Both the position numbers and the translations under genes were made by a program. This document shows positions 1-9,386 of a DNA stretch of 64,000 bases, piece after piece. The notes under the pieces were generated by a model. The model had not been told where the DNA came from and did no database searches. It saw only the letters and a program-made list of their open reading frames with translations. Within the stretch, counting starts at the first letter, position 1. Every line of letters starts with the position of its first letter. This DNA comes from an uncultured Planctomycetota bacterium. GTDB taxonomy: Bacteria > Planctomycetota > Planctomycetia > Isosphaerales > Isosphaeraceae. The stretch is taken from NCBI GenBank assembly GCA_963845755.1, contig CAWJTV010000019.1:352001-416000 (forward strand). Reading direction: 5' to 3'.

Positions 1-16
1 TGTCGTTCTCGGTATT

Positions 17-44
17 TCTCTGTGTTCTCTGTGACTCTGTGGTG
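17..44. repeat. Short 9-mer-period repeat (ctctgtgtt ctctgtga ctctgtggt)
   Basis: Three CTCTGTG units just downstream of the FHA gene. Confidence 0.5.
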
Positions 45-65
45 AAAACTCTTCTCCATCTTCCC

Positions 66-1039
66 TCACGTCACTTTGATTTGGAAGCGTTGCTCGCCGA
101 TCTGGAACTGGACGGTGGCCTCGACGGTGATCTGCGTCATCCGCAGCCAAAGGCCGTTGGGGGTCTTGTTGTGCTCGGCGTGCCAGCCTCCCTTGGGTTT
201 CCGATAAACACGGACGTGCCTCGGCTCGCAGAACGGGTCATCCGGCCGGCAGATCGGGCAGTCGGGTCGGAGCCGATCCAGTATTCGGGCTTGACCAGGA
301 GGATCCGATTGCCGATCTCCGAGCCGATCAGCTCGGTCAGGGCCGGGGGGCGGAACGGGCTGGGCCCGTCATCCCAGCCGTGAGTTTCGCCCCGGCCCGG
401 CAAGTCAGCCGAATAATCGGCCGTCGCGGCAGTTTCGACCTGGGGCGCATCGAACCGGTACCGGCCGTTGCCGACCAGGACCTCGGCCTTGTCGGCCAGC
501 ACGGTCTTGCTGACGCGGACGAACATCCCGTGCGTGCTCTGAAGATCGGTGACGACCCATCGGTGAATGCCGCCGACGTTCTGATAGGTGATCTCGACGT
601 GCCTGGCCGACATGCGATTGTCGAGTCGAATGCGGAGGTCCCCCTCGGTCCGGCCGATAACGAACCGCGGCTCGCGGATCCGGATGATCTCGCCATCGAT
701 CCGCCCGTCGTCGAAGACGGTCAAGAGCGCGATCGGCGGCCGGGCAGTCGGCCGGAACGGGCTGGCCGACCGCGCGGCCGGCTGCGGTTGTTGGCCGCTT
801 GCCGGCGCCGGCGGCGGGGCCGAGGGCACGGCCACCGGAATCGGTGGCTGACCCTTCAGGCCGGAGAGCAGCGCCTGGCGGACGTCTTCCTCCGTCTCGA
901 TCAAGGTGCCGGAGCGCTCGACGGGCTGTTGAGCCTGGCCGGCCGGGGGCCGCAGGAGCGGGTCCGGACGCGACTCGACCAAGGTGCCGGATCGTTCCGC
1001 ATTCGGGTTCGGTTGACTCGGTCTGAGTGGTTGAGACAT
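66..1039 (-). CDS. Tandem FHA-domain protein with Pro/Gln-rich N-terminus (frameshift near 262)
   Basis: FHA motifs IGR, SARH and DLQSTHGMFV. After a 1-nt shift the frame continues CEPRHVRVYR...NGLWLR...FQIGEQRFQIKVT-stop (66-68), a second FHA-like domain. AAGGAG precedes ATG 1039. Confidence 0.8.
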
Positions 1040-1104
1040 CAATTCGTCTCCTTGCTGCGACCAGAGACTGGGAATCAGTACGGGTGCCGGACGTCGCGGC
1101 GCAT

Positions 1105-1350
1105 TCAGGTCGTGGGCAGCACGTCATACCAGTCGTGGACGCCCGGTTGGAGTATTCGTTCAGCAAGGGTCTCGAGCTGATCGATGTCCTGGGTTGCCTC
1201 GATCGCGGCGCGGGTCGTGGCATCGGGCGCGCCGAACCGCCTGGCCCCCTGACGAAGCAGGATTCGCCGCGCCTCGTTGAGACGGCCCTCCAGCCGGCCT
1301 TGCTCAAATATCCACTGATACATCTTCGAACCCACTAAGCTCGAACCCAT
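1105..1350 (-). CDS. Stand-alone Rpn C-terminal (DUF4351-like, RpnS-like) small protein, cassette 3
   Basis: YQWIFEQGRLEGRLNEARRILLRQGARRFG...AIEA..DIDQLE..RIL...HDW is homologous to the C-terminus of 1835..2694. Confidence 0.75.
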   Translation of the reverse strand: MGSSLVGSKMYQWIFEQGRLEGRLNEARRILLRQGARRFGAPDATTRAAIEATQDIDQLETLAERILQPGVHDWYDVLPTT

Positions 1351-1465
1351 GTTCACCGCCCTTCCAGCACGGCAGACGAGCCGTCACTTCGTCCGCAAGT
1401 CGCAGACCCATGAGCCGGTACGTCGCGGTCCCGAGCCTGGCCGCTCGCGGCGGCGGCTTCGTGGC

Positions 1466-1831
1466 TCACAGAGTGCCCAGGAGGCCATTCCAGTCGTGGA
1501 GACTCAGGTCGACGATCCGGTCGCTCAGCCGCTCCAGGCGATCGAGATCGCCGATCGCCTCGATGGCGGCCCGGGTTGTCTCGTCGGGAAGCCCGACGCG
1601 AATCCCTCCCAGTCGGAGGAGGAGCCGCTGCGCCTCGCGGACGCGGCCTTCATTGCGCCACTCGATGAGTCCCTCCCCCCGGCCTTCCTACAAGATGAGC
1701 TGATACATCGCCGATTCACGCATGTTGTACACTCCGTCCACTAACTGTTTGGCAAACATCGGCTGATAACGCAGCGCCATCAGAAAGAGCGTGGCGATCC
1801 AGAGCTTCTCCGCCCGCGGCACCGGCTTCAT
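1466..1831 (-). pseudogene. Rpn C-terminal cassette 2 with in-frame TAG at 1688-1690
   Basis: Manual translation: MKPVPRAEKLWIATLFLMALRY...DGVYNMRESAMYQLIL*EGRGEG...EGRVREAQRLLLRLG...HDWNGLLGTL. Confidence 0.75.
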
Positions 1832-1834
1832 GGT

Positions 1835-2694
1835 TCACAGAATGCCCAGGAGGCCATTCCAGTCGTGGATGCTAGTATCCAGCACCCGTTTGGTCAGTTG
1901 CTCCAGTCGTTCGACATCGCGGATGGCCTCGATGGTGCCCCGAGTCGCTTCGTCCGGCTCTCTGAAGCGGGCCTCACCCAGGATCAAGAGCATCCGCTGC
2001 GCCTCGCCGACACGACCCTCGTTGCGGCCCTCGCTCAGGGTGGCCTGATAGGTAGTGGATTCCCGCATATTCTGCACTCCTTCCAACAACTTCCAGGCGA
2101 ACGCTTGCTCGTAACGCAACCCCATCAGCCAGTAAGCCGCGGTCCAGAACTTACCTGCCCGCGGCGGCGGCTCAGCGTTGATCCGCTCGGCCATCCGCCG
2201 CACCAACTCGGGCAGCGACTCCTCCACGACGTTGGTCAGCGGGGCCAGGGGCACCAGGTTGACCCCGCCGGCCAGGTACGCCTCGGGGTCCTCCTGCCAG
2301 AGCCGCACCACGCGGTAATTATACCGATTCGTCTGCCAGCCGTCGGGGAGCTGCCGCTCATAAGTCCCGGTCAGGCCGGGCGAGTTGGCCTCCTTGCACA
2401 GGAGCACCAGGACGGTGAGCACCGGCAGGTTGTGGCGATAATCGAGGGCGACTTGACGGTACCAGAGCGTCCGGGCCAGGCCGGTGTCATGGTAGGAGTG
2501 GGGCTCGATATTGATCAGGTAGGGCTCGGGGCCATCGACGGCAGCACCTTGTCGGCGGAGGCGGTCAGGGTGGTGATGTCCGAGTCGATGACGGTGACCG
2601 GCCCGAGGGGGCCGATGGCGAACCGTTCCAGCCAGGCGTCGGGGCCCTCCCAGACCAGTTCCTTGGCCGAGACGTCGAGGCGGTTGAAATCCAT
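1835..2694 (-). CDS. Rpn/YhgA-like (PD-(D/E)XK-related) protein with DUF4351-like C-terminus, frameshift near 2545
   Basis: Joining ORFs 2515..2772 and 1835..2806 gives MDFNRLDVSAKEL...SADKVL..DGPEPYLINIEPHS...YRVVRLWQED..LVPLAPL...MRESTTYQ..EGRNEGR. Confidence 0.7.
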
Positions 2695-2820
2695 GAGGAC
2701 GCTCCGTATCTCGTCGGGCCCAGACCCAACGGGCCACCGGCTCGGCACAAACCCTCTCGCGACGCGATCCATTGAGCGCCCGAACGATCCGACTCGCCAC
2801 GCTCACTTCACTTCTCGGTA

Positions 2821-3222
2821 TCAGGACCTGCTCGACTGACGAACAACCGCAGGTCGCTTCGCCGCGCGCGCCGTTGCTATCGGACCAGACATCCCCGCTA
2901 CCTCGAACAGGCCCGATGGGTCATGACGAAACACCTGGATCAGCCTCAAGGCCGCCTGCGACGGCTTCCGATGGCCCTGTTCCCAGCTCTGAACCGTCTT
3001 GGGCGACACGTTGAGCAGTCGAGCGAAGACGGCCTGGGACATGCCGCTCGCGAGTCGGATCTTCACCAGTTCCTCGGCGCCGATCTCCGGCGGCCGGTCG
3101 GGCAATTCGAGGGTCGTGGTTTTCAGGATGATCTCGCCTTTCGCGTGGCGGATCGCTTCTTCCAGGCCCTTGCGGATCTGATCCGCGACCGGGAGCCGTT
3201 TCCGCTGGTCCTTCATATTCAT
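2821..3222 (-). CDS. higA: HigA-type XRE HTH antitoxin (start may be 3216)
   Basis: IRLASGMSQAVFARLLNVSPKTVQSWEQG, directly downstream of a RelE-like toxin. Confidence 0.85.
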   Translation of the reverse strand: MNMKDQRKRLPVADQIRKGLEEAIRHAKGEIILKTTTLELPDRPPEIGAEELVKIRLASGMSQAVFARLLNVSPKTVQSWEQGHRKPSQAALRLIQVFRHDPSGLFEVAGMSGPIATARAAKRPAVVRQSSRS

Positions 3223-3576
3223 TCACACCTTTCTCGCTCGGCGAGTCCGATCTTTGAGTATCTGGACGAGCTGACGGTAGAGTTTCTTGTCGTCCGCCGA
3301 GAGATCGTCCTTCTGATCCTTCCCGTAAACTGTGATGAGATGGATCTGGTCCACCTCCTCGAGGTGCAAGTAGATCACCCTGACCCCGCCCCGTTTTCCC
3401 TGACTCCGTCTCGGGTCGGCGACCCGCATCTTCCGGAGACCCCCGCAACCTTGCACAACCGCGCCCGCATCGGGATCATTCAGCAACTCTCGCTGCAAGT
3501 CGGAAAGCGTTTCGTCGGACAAGTGCACCTTGACCCATTCGGTGAACTCTCTCGTTTCGACGAACGTCTTATTCAT
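3223..3576 (-). CDS. higB: HigB-2/RelE-family toxin
   Basis: FVETREF...GCGGLRKMR...GKRGGVRVIY...LITVYGK, toxin-first gene order. Confidence 0.85.
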   Translation of the reverse strand: MNKTFVETREFTEWVKVHLSDETLSDLQRELLNDPDAGAVVQGCGGLRKMRVADPRRSQGKRGGVRVIYLHLEEVDQIHLITVYGKDQKDDLSADDKKLYRQLVQILKDRTRRARKV

Positions 3577-3905
3577 TCTATCCTACATTGTGGGACAGAG
3601 ACGGCTCGATGCATCCCCTTCAGAAGGAGCAGTGACACCGACGAGCCTTCGCGACAGTGACGCTTGCCAGACATCCTCCTCGATCTCGAGGAGAGTGCTG
3701 GACCTCTCGACGGGCGGATTCGTTGAACCTTGTAGGGAGAGCTGAGCCATTAGAAACGCCCTCACCAAGAATGCGATGATACGTTCGGAACCTAATGTCG
3801 GGCCATCCTAAAAAACGCTTGATCCACACCACGGATCGATACGATGACCTGCGGCCGGGCGTTCGTTGTCAGCCATTGCGGAGCCTTTAGACGGTGAAGG
3901 TCCAT

Positions 3906-6197
3906 CTACTCGGGTAACACTTCGATCGTGATCTCTTGAAACTGAAGGACCGAGTCACCCCAGACAACGAAGGCGATTCCCCCTGAGCCGTACCACCCGG
4001 AGGCGTCCATGTACTCAGCGACCTTCTTGCCGTTCACCGAAGTGGAAATCCGATTCCTGATGGCTGTGATATCCAGTGTGTTCCATACATCGGCAGCGAC
4101 AGGAACCGATTCGGCCCGCTTCTCCCAGGCAATGCCGTGCCAGTAGGGATGATTACTCATTTTCGTGATACTCCCAACAGGTGTCTGCTCCCTGTCGATG
4201 GTCGGCCACAATCCACGACGGACCAAATAGCCGTTTCTGTTATCGCCCACGGGAGAGCGGCGAATCTCAATGTTCCCGCCTCCTCTTTCTTGGTGATCGT
4301 CCTCACGGAATTTGATGCGGAGATGAAAGTTCGCGAAGTCTTGCCGTTGAGCGACGAGGACGGCCGCTTTCCCATTCCCTTTGCCCTCCAGTACACCACC
4401 TACCATCCTCCATTCACCGCCGTTGTCGTATGCTATATCCCAGCCATCCAAATCCTTACCGTTGAACAGCGATACAAAGCGCCCCTGATCGCCTTTCTCA
4501 GGGGCCCGCGCGACGGGAGGCTCGATTCGGACGTTCGTCCCCTTGTTGCCTCCCTCTCGGACGGTCATATCATTTCCGGATTCCTCAGTTCTACCCTGCT
4601 TCACTTTCAACCCTTGTCCGCCGGGAAGCGGTGTGATCTCCGTGGGAGCCCCGCCTCCCGGCGGCTGGACCTTGACCGTTCCGTTGTCAACGATGACTTC
4701 TGACTGATCCGGGGCGTTCTTCAGGACGATGTCTCCATCCTTCGTCTTGATTCTGATGACGACTGCCCATGCGACGAAGAACGCCGTGATCAGGATTCCC
4801 GCGGCCACCGCCGGCCACATCCACGAGGACGATCGTCGACCCGCTCCGTCCACCGATGGATTGGTCTTGGCTGACGCAGATTCCGTCTGCCGCAGATCGA
4901 TCAAGCTGTCCCACATTGGTGCTTCGTGCGGCGTCCCCGTTGTCTTCTTGGATGTGGTCAAGGTCGCAGGTGGCAAGTTCTCCGCAGGCTCAGCCGGCAT
5001 CGATTCCGCCCTCGCTGCAACCGATTGTCCTGGTTGAGAGACCTCCGGCTTCGATCCCACGGCCCCAAGGGTCCCCGCTTTGAAGAACGGCTTGAGCGCC
5101 TGCGCCACCCCTTTGGGCTCCTGGAACCGCCGCTCAGGCTCCTTCGCCATCATCTTACTCACTACGGCCGCCAGCTCCGCAGGCACTTCCGGCCGCGCCA
5201 GGTTCAGTGGTGTCGCCTCCATCGAGTGGTGCGCCTGGAAAAGTTCGTAGAGGCTGTCGGCATGGAATGGTGGGCCGCCGGTCAGGAGGTAGTAGAAGGT
5301 GCAGCCCAGGCTGTAGATGTCCGCCCGGATATCGGCCTTGCGGGCATTGCTGATCTGTTCGGGTGCGATGTAGTCGGGCGTGCCCAGCATCTGTCCATCG
5401 TTTGTCAGGCTCCGATCCGTCGAGCCCTCGCTCCGGATCTTGGCCAGGCCGAAGTCGAGCACCTTGATCAGGGCGCGCTTGCCATCGCGAGTGAGCATCA
5501 AGTTGCTGGGCTTGATGTCGCGGTGGACCATGCTGTGCTCGTGTGCGTGCTGCAAGCCCAGCGCCGCCTGACCGATGAACGCGCAGGCGTTGGCCACGGG
5601 CAATGGCCCCTTGGCCTGGACCATCCGCGCCAGGTCGAGGCCCTCGACGTACTCCATCGCCAGCACGAGGCTCTCGCCCATGCGAATAGCTGCGTAGGCG
5701 GTGACCACGTGGGGATGGTGCAGCTTGGCGGCGTTGCGGATCTCGGCGAGGAAGCGGTCCAGGACGCCGCGACGATTGATCAGGTGGCTGCTGACGACCT
5801 TGAGGACCTCCTTCCGCCCCATGATCTTGTTCTCGGCCAGGTAGACGACGCCCATGCCGCCGCGGCCCAGTTCGCGGAGGACTTCGTAATCGGGGTGGTC
5901 GGCCAGGCCGGGTGGCAGCGTGCAGGCCGCGGGTGGGACCAACGAACGCGGCCCGGCGTCGAGCATCGAGAGTCCCGCCATCGAGGAGACGACCGGCGCG
6001 GGCGAATCGGGCCGGCCCTGGGCGCCGCGGAGGCGACCAAGGAAGCTATCCGAGGAGAGTTCGGCAACGCGGCGACGGCAGTCCGGGCACGACTCCAGAT
6101 GCTGGTTGACCGATTCGGCCGAGGCATCATCGAGCTTGCCCATCCCGTAGGAGGAGAGCGTCTGGTCGGTCGGGTGCAGGGCTTGCGGGGCGTTCAT
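3906..6197 (-). CDS. Membrane Ser/Thr kinase with N-terminal ZAS zinc finger and C-terminal DUF1080 domain (kinase 1)
   Basis: HLESCPDC, GRGGMGVV, HRDIKPSN, DFG, GTPDYIAPE, TM helix WPAVAAGILITAFFVAWAVVI, FVSLFNGKDLDGW. Start MNAPQ chosen by paralog alignment. Confidence 0.9.
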   Translation of the reverse strand: MNAPQALHPTDQTLSSYGMGKLDDASAESVNQHLESCPDCRRRVAELSSDSFLGRLRGAQGRPDSPAPVVSSMAGLSMLDAGPRSLVPPAACTLPPGLADHPDYEVLRELGRGGMGVVYLAENKIMGRKEVLKVVSSHLINRRGVLDRFLAEIRNAAKLHHPHVVTAYAAIRMGESLVLAMEYVEGLDLARMVQAKGPLPVANACAFIGQAALGLQHAHEHSMVHRDIKPSNLMLTRDGKRALIKVLDFGLAKIRSEGSTDRSLTNDGQMLGTPDYIAPEQISNARKADIRADIYSLGCTFYYLLTGGPPFHADSLYELFQAHHSMEATPLNLARPEVPAELAAVVSKMMAKEPERRFQEPKGVAQALKPFFKAGTLGAVGSKPEVSQPGQSVAARAESMPAEPAENLPPATLTTSKKTTGTPHEAPMWDSLIDLRQTESASAKTNPSVDGAGRRSSSWMWPAVAAGILITAFFVAWAVVIRIKTKDGDIVLKNAPDQSEVIVDNGTVKVQPPGGGAPTEITPLPGGQGLKVKQGRTEESGNDMTVREGGNKGTNVRIEPPVARAPEKGDQGRFVSLFNGKDLDGWDIAYDNGGEWRMVGGVLEGKGNGKAAVLVAQRQDFANFHLRIKFREDDHQERGGGNIEIRRSPVGDNRNGYLVRRGLWPTIDREQTPVGSITKMSNHPYWHGIAWEKRAESVPVAADVWNTLDITAIRNRISTSVNGKKVAEYMDASGWYGSGGIAFVVWGDSVLQFQEITIEVLPE

Positions 6198-6262
6198 GGG
6201 ATCGGTCTCCGACTTCGAGTCCGGATCGCGTTCGACGGGTCGATCACTCACACAAGAGAGAA

Positions 6263-6294
6263 AGGCGGTTAAGACGTGGGACCTGCCGCGAAAA
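6263..6294 (-). promoter_or_regulatory. Conserved kinase-upstream motif copy A (candidate ECF promoter)
   Basis: Minus strand TTTTCGCGGCAGGTCCCACGTCTTAACCGCCT, within a ~110-bp block shared with 11911-12028. Confidence 0.5.
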
Positions 6295-6403
6295 TGCGAA
6301 AAACTTTCGAACGATCGCCAGATTCTCGCCGTATCCTCTTGAAGCGGCTCGACTTCACCCTGATCTCGTTGTTTCGGGTTGGCCCCGATTCCGGAGCCGA
6401 TGG

Positions 6404-6718
6404 CTACCACAATCCGATCCGGCGCCGCACCGCGTCTTCGACGATGGTTAGTTGATCCGGCGGGAGGCTCCCCAGTTTGCGGACCAGTTTGGCGTGCGGG
6501 ACCGTGAGCATGTTCTGCGCATCGAAAACCCCGGCCGTAAGGAACCGGGACCGGACGGCGACCTCGAAATTCGACTCGCGGGCGCTGGTCGTGTGAGCCA
6601 CCAGCGTGACCAGCGCATCCTGGGGCCCGGCCGGAACGCTCAAGACCACGCAGGGACGGACTTTTCCGGCCATCCCCAGATCGACGATCCAGACCTCGCC
6701 GCGGTTAGGAGTAGGCAC
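6404..6718 (-). CDS. mazF: PemK/MazF-family toxin
   Basis: RGEVWIVDLG..GKVRPCVVLS...DAQNMLTV...LVRKLGSL. Confidence 0.85.
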   Translation of the reverse strand: MPTPNRGEVWIVDLGMAGKVRPCVVLSVPAGPQDALVTLVAHTTSARESNFEVAVRSRFLTAGVFDAQNMLTVPHAKLVRKLGSLPPDQLTIVEDAVRRRIGLW

Positions 6719-6899
6719 TTGCCGCTTCCTCCGCGTCGAGCGTGCAGAACAAGGCGTCCGCCGCTTCGAGCAGCACGTTCTCCGGCAATTCGTCTTCGGA
6801 TGGCCTCAGTCGGCGCAAGATCTCCACGGCCGCTTCCTGACGATCCGCGTCGGAGAGGCTGTCGAAGGTGTCGAGTAACGACTGAACGGCGGTTGTCAT
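6705..6899 (-). CDS. Small acidic putative antitoxin
   Basis: 64-aa acidic helical ORF overlapping the toxin start. Confidence 0.65.
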   Translation of the reverse strand: MTTAVQSLLDTFDSLSDADRQEAAVEILRRLRPSEDELPENVLLEAADALFCTLDAEEAASAYS

Positions 6900-7012
6900 G
6901 GGCTAAGACCCTCGATGAGGACAACGATGATTCGACTCCCTCGGTTTTACCCAGAACGACGGCGTGGCGAAACGATCCCCTCGAAATACCAGTCCCCCGG
7001 CCCGTCTCCTCC

Positions 7013-9331
7013 CTATTCCTGGACGTTCATCGCGTAAATGAAGAGAGTTCCCGACTTCACGAACAATCCGATCGCCCCCGTGTAATCACTGGCCGGAGGA
7101 GTCTTGCAGGCCAATTCCCACTTCTCCTGCTTGATGGCGACTCGCGCGATGTTCTCGCGGTGGATTTCGAACCGGATCAGGAACGACTTCTCGGGAGCGA
7201 AATGCTCCGGTTTCGTGTCGGACTCGGGAGGTTGGAAGTCGAGCGAGGGGTGCCCGACCTGGATCTTGCCCCCCTCATCCTTCACGCGTACCGTGATCGC
7301 CCGCCAACCGTTTGGACCGCGATGAGCCCGGAGCGCCAGGAATGCTTCCGTTCCCTGGGTCGCGGTCAGGGTGAGCGTGAGCGTGCGCGCGCTTGTAACT
7401 CTCGCGCTTCGTGAGCAGCAGGTTCCCGTTCGGCCCCGCCGAGAGGACCAGCGCCTTTTCGTTGATCTCGATGAAATCGGGGTCGCCGAACTGCCACGCC
7501 TTGAGTTTGTCCGCCGTCAGGGTCGGCCAGATGCCCCCGCGGGGTTGGCCACCGTCGGGATTGGCCAGCCGCTCGACCCCGGCGTGGACGCGCAACTGCC
7601 GGATGTCCAGCGCTGGCTTCACGACGGTTTTCTCGAGGTCGAGCAGACCATTCCCTACGGAAGCCTTCATGATGTTGAGGGAGGGCTTGGAAGTGTTGAG
7701 TTCTGGTACGGCCGCGGAAGTCGTGGCTTTCGGGACGTCCGCGATCGGTACGACGCCTGCCTCACCGAGCCGACTTTCCTGAGCGATCCGCGCCGGGGGC
7801 ACGTACCGACCGGAGTGAGCGTCATCGCTCGGTTTCTTGGCACCGCCTCGATCCTCAACTTCCGATCGCGTTGCGCCGACAAGCTCCGGTGGATCGTTAT
7901 TGCGGCTTTGCCGCCCCGGGGCGAAGCCGAGCGTCCAGGTCATGGCGAGGCCGAGCAGCAACGCACCACCCGTAATGCACGGCCACAGCCAGGGCAAGCC
8001 TTTCGCCCCTCGCTGGATCATCGCGGACTGCTCCCCGGAGAGGCCCTCCTTCCGCCCGAGGTCGATCATGTCCAGGGCCTGTCCGGGATGCGCGGGCTTC
8101 GCCTGCTTCTCAACCGCCGGCGCGGCGGTTGTCGCTACCTTCGGAGGAAGTGCGGCCGCTGGACTCGCGACGGCTCGCTCGGCCGGGGACGCTTCGTCCT
8201 TCGTCTCCCCCGGCTTGAAGAACGACTTGATCGCCTGAGCCACCTCGCCGGGAGTCTGGAACCGACTCGCCGGCTCCTTGGCCATCATCTTGGCCACCAG
8301 GGCCGCCAGCTCCACCGGCACCTCCGGCCGCGCGAGGTTCAACGGCGTCGCGGTCATCGAGTGATGCGCCGTGAGATCTCGGAGAGGCTGATGCCCGAGA
8401 ACGGCGGGCGCGCCGGTCAGGAGGCAATACAAGGTGCAACCCAGGCTGTAGATGTCGGCGCGGATATCGGCCCCCTGAGCGTTGAGGCTCTGTTCGGGTG
8501 CCAGATAATCGGGAGTGCCCAGCATCTGCCCCTCGCGCGTCAGTCCACCCTCGCTCAGTGCCTCCTGCGTCGCCTTGGCCAGGCCGAAATCGAGGATCTT
8601 GATGACCGACCCAGTTCCCTGGCGAACGAGTATGAGGTTGCGGGGCTTGATATCCCGATGGACCATCCCGCGCTCGTGGGCGTGCTGGAGTCCCAGGGCT
8701 GCCTGGTAGACGAAGTTGCAGGCGTGGGCGACCGGGAGCGGCCCCTGGGTCGCGACCAGCCTGGCCAGGTCGAGGCCCTCGACGTACTCCATGACCAGCA
8801 CGATCCGGTCGCCCGCCCGCATCGCCGTGTAGGCGGTGACGAGGTTGGGGTGGTGGAGCTGGGCGGCGTTCTGGATCTCGCGGAGGAACCGGTCCGAAAC
8901 GCTACGACGATCCATCAGGTCCCGTCTGACGACCTTGAGCACCTCCTTGCGCCCCATGAGCGTGTTCTGTGCCAGGTAGACGACGCCCATCCCGTCACGG
9001 CCCAGCTCGCTGAGGACCTGGTAGCTGGGATGATCGGCCAGGCCCGGCGGGAGCGAATCGGCCGGCGGTTCGGCCGTATTGGTGGGGCCACCTGCCATGG
9101 ACGAGATCCCCGAGCACGACGAGTCGAGCGAAGGCGGCGAATCGGGCCGATTCGGGGCGTTACGAACCCGGACAGCAGAACGGTCTGAGGAGAGTTCGGC
9201 GACCCGTCGGCGACAATCCGAGCACACCTTCAGATGACTCCGGACCGACTCGGCCGAGCGCCGTCGAGGTTGCCCAGGCCGTGGGCGTGCAGCGTCTGGT
9301 CGGTCGGGTGCAGGGGTGGCGGTGCGTCCAT
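7013..9331 (-). CDS. ZAS-Ser/Thr kinase 2 with TM helix and DUF1080-like C-terminus (frameshifts near 9260, 8400, 7385)
   Basis: N-terminus MDAPPPLHPTDQTL matches the paralogs. HLKVCSDC, HRDIKPRN, DFG, GTPDYLAPE. C-terminus continues into ORF 7013..7285. Confidence 0.8.
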
Positions 9332-9386
9332 CGATCGGGCTTCCACTCCGGTTCAAACGGTCACTCGCCTGGCCAGTCGACGGCCG

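Larger units (their letters stand above)
1105..2173 (-). repeat. Three diverged tandem ~340-370 bp units (1835-2173, 1466-1831, 1105-1463)
   Basis: Each unit begins at an (E/K)P(P/V)PRA codon run and ends shortly after HDW. The two junctions read CTGTGA(A/G)CCA(T/C)GAAGCCG. Confidence 0.8.

Noticed and set aside
1688..1690. In-frame TAG as possible pyrrolysine or recoding
   Set aside because: A single case in a duplicated cassette with no pyl genes in the window; a simple nonsense change from CAG/GAG is more likely
1105..2173. Possible DGR template/variable repeat pair
   Set aside because: Differences between units are not adenine-specific and no reverse transcriptase is in the window
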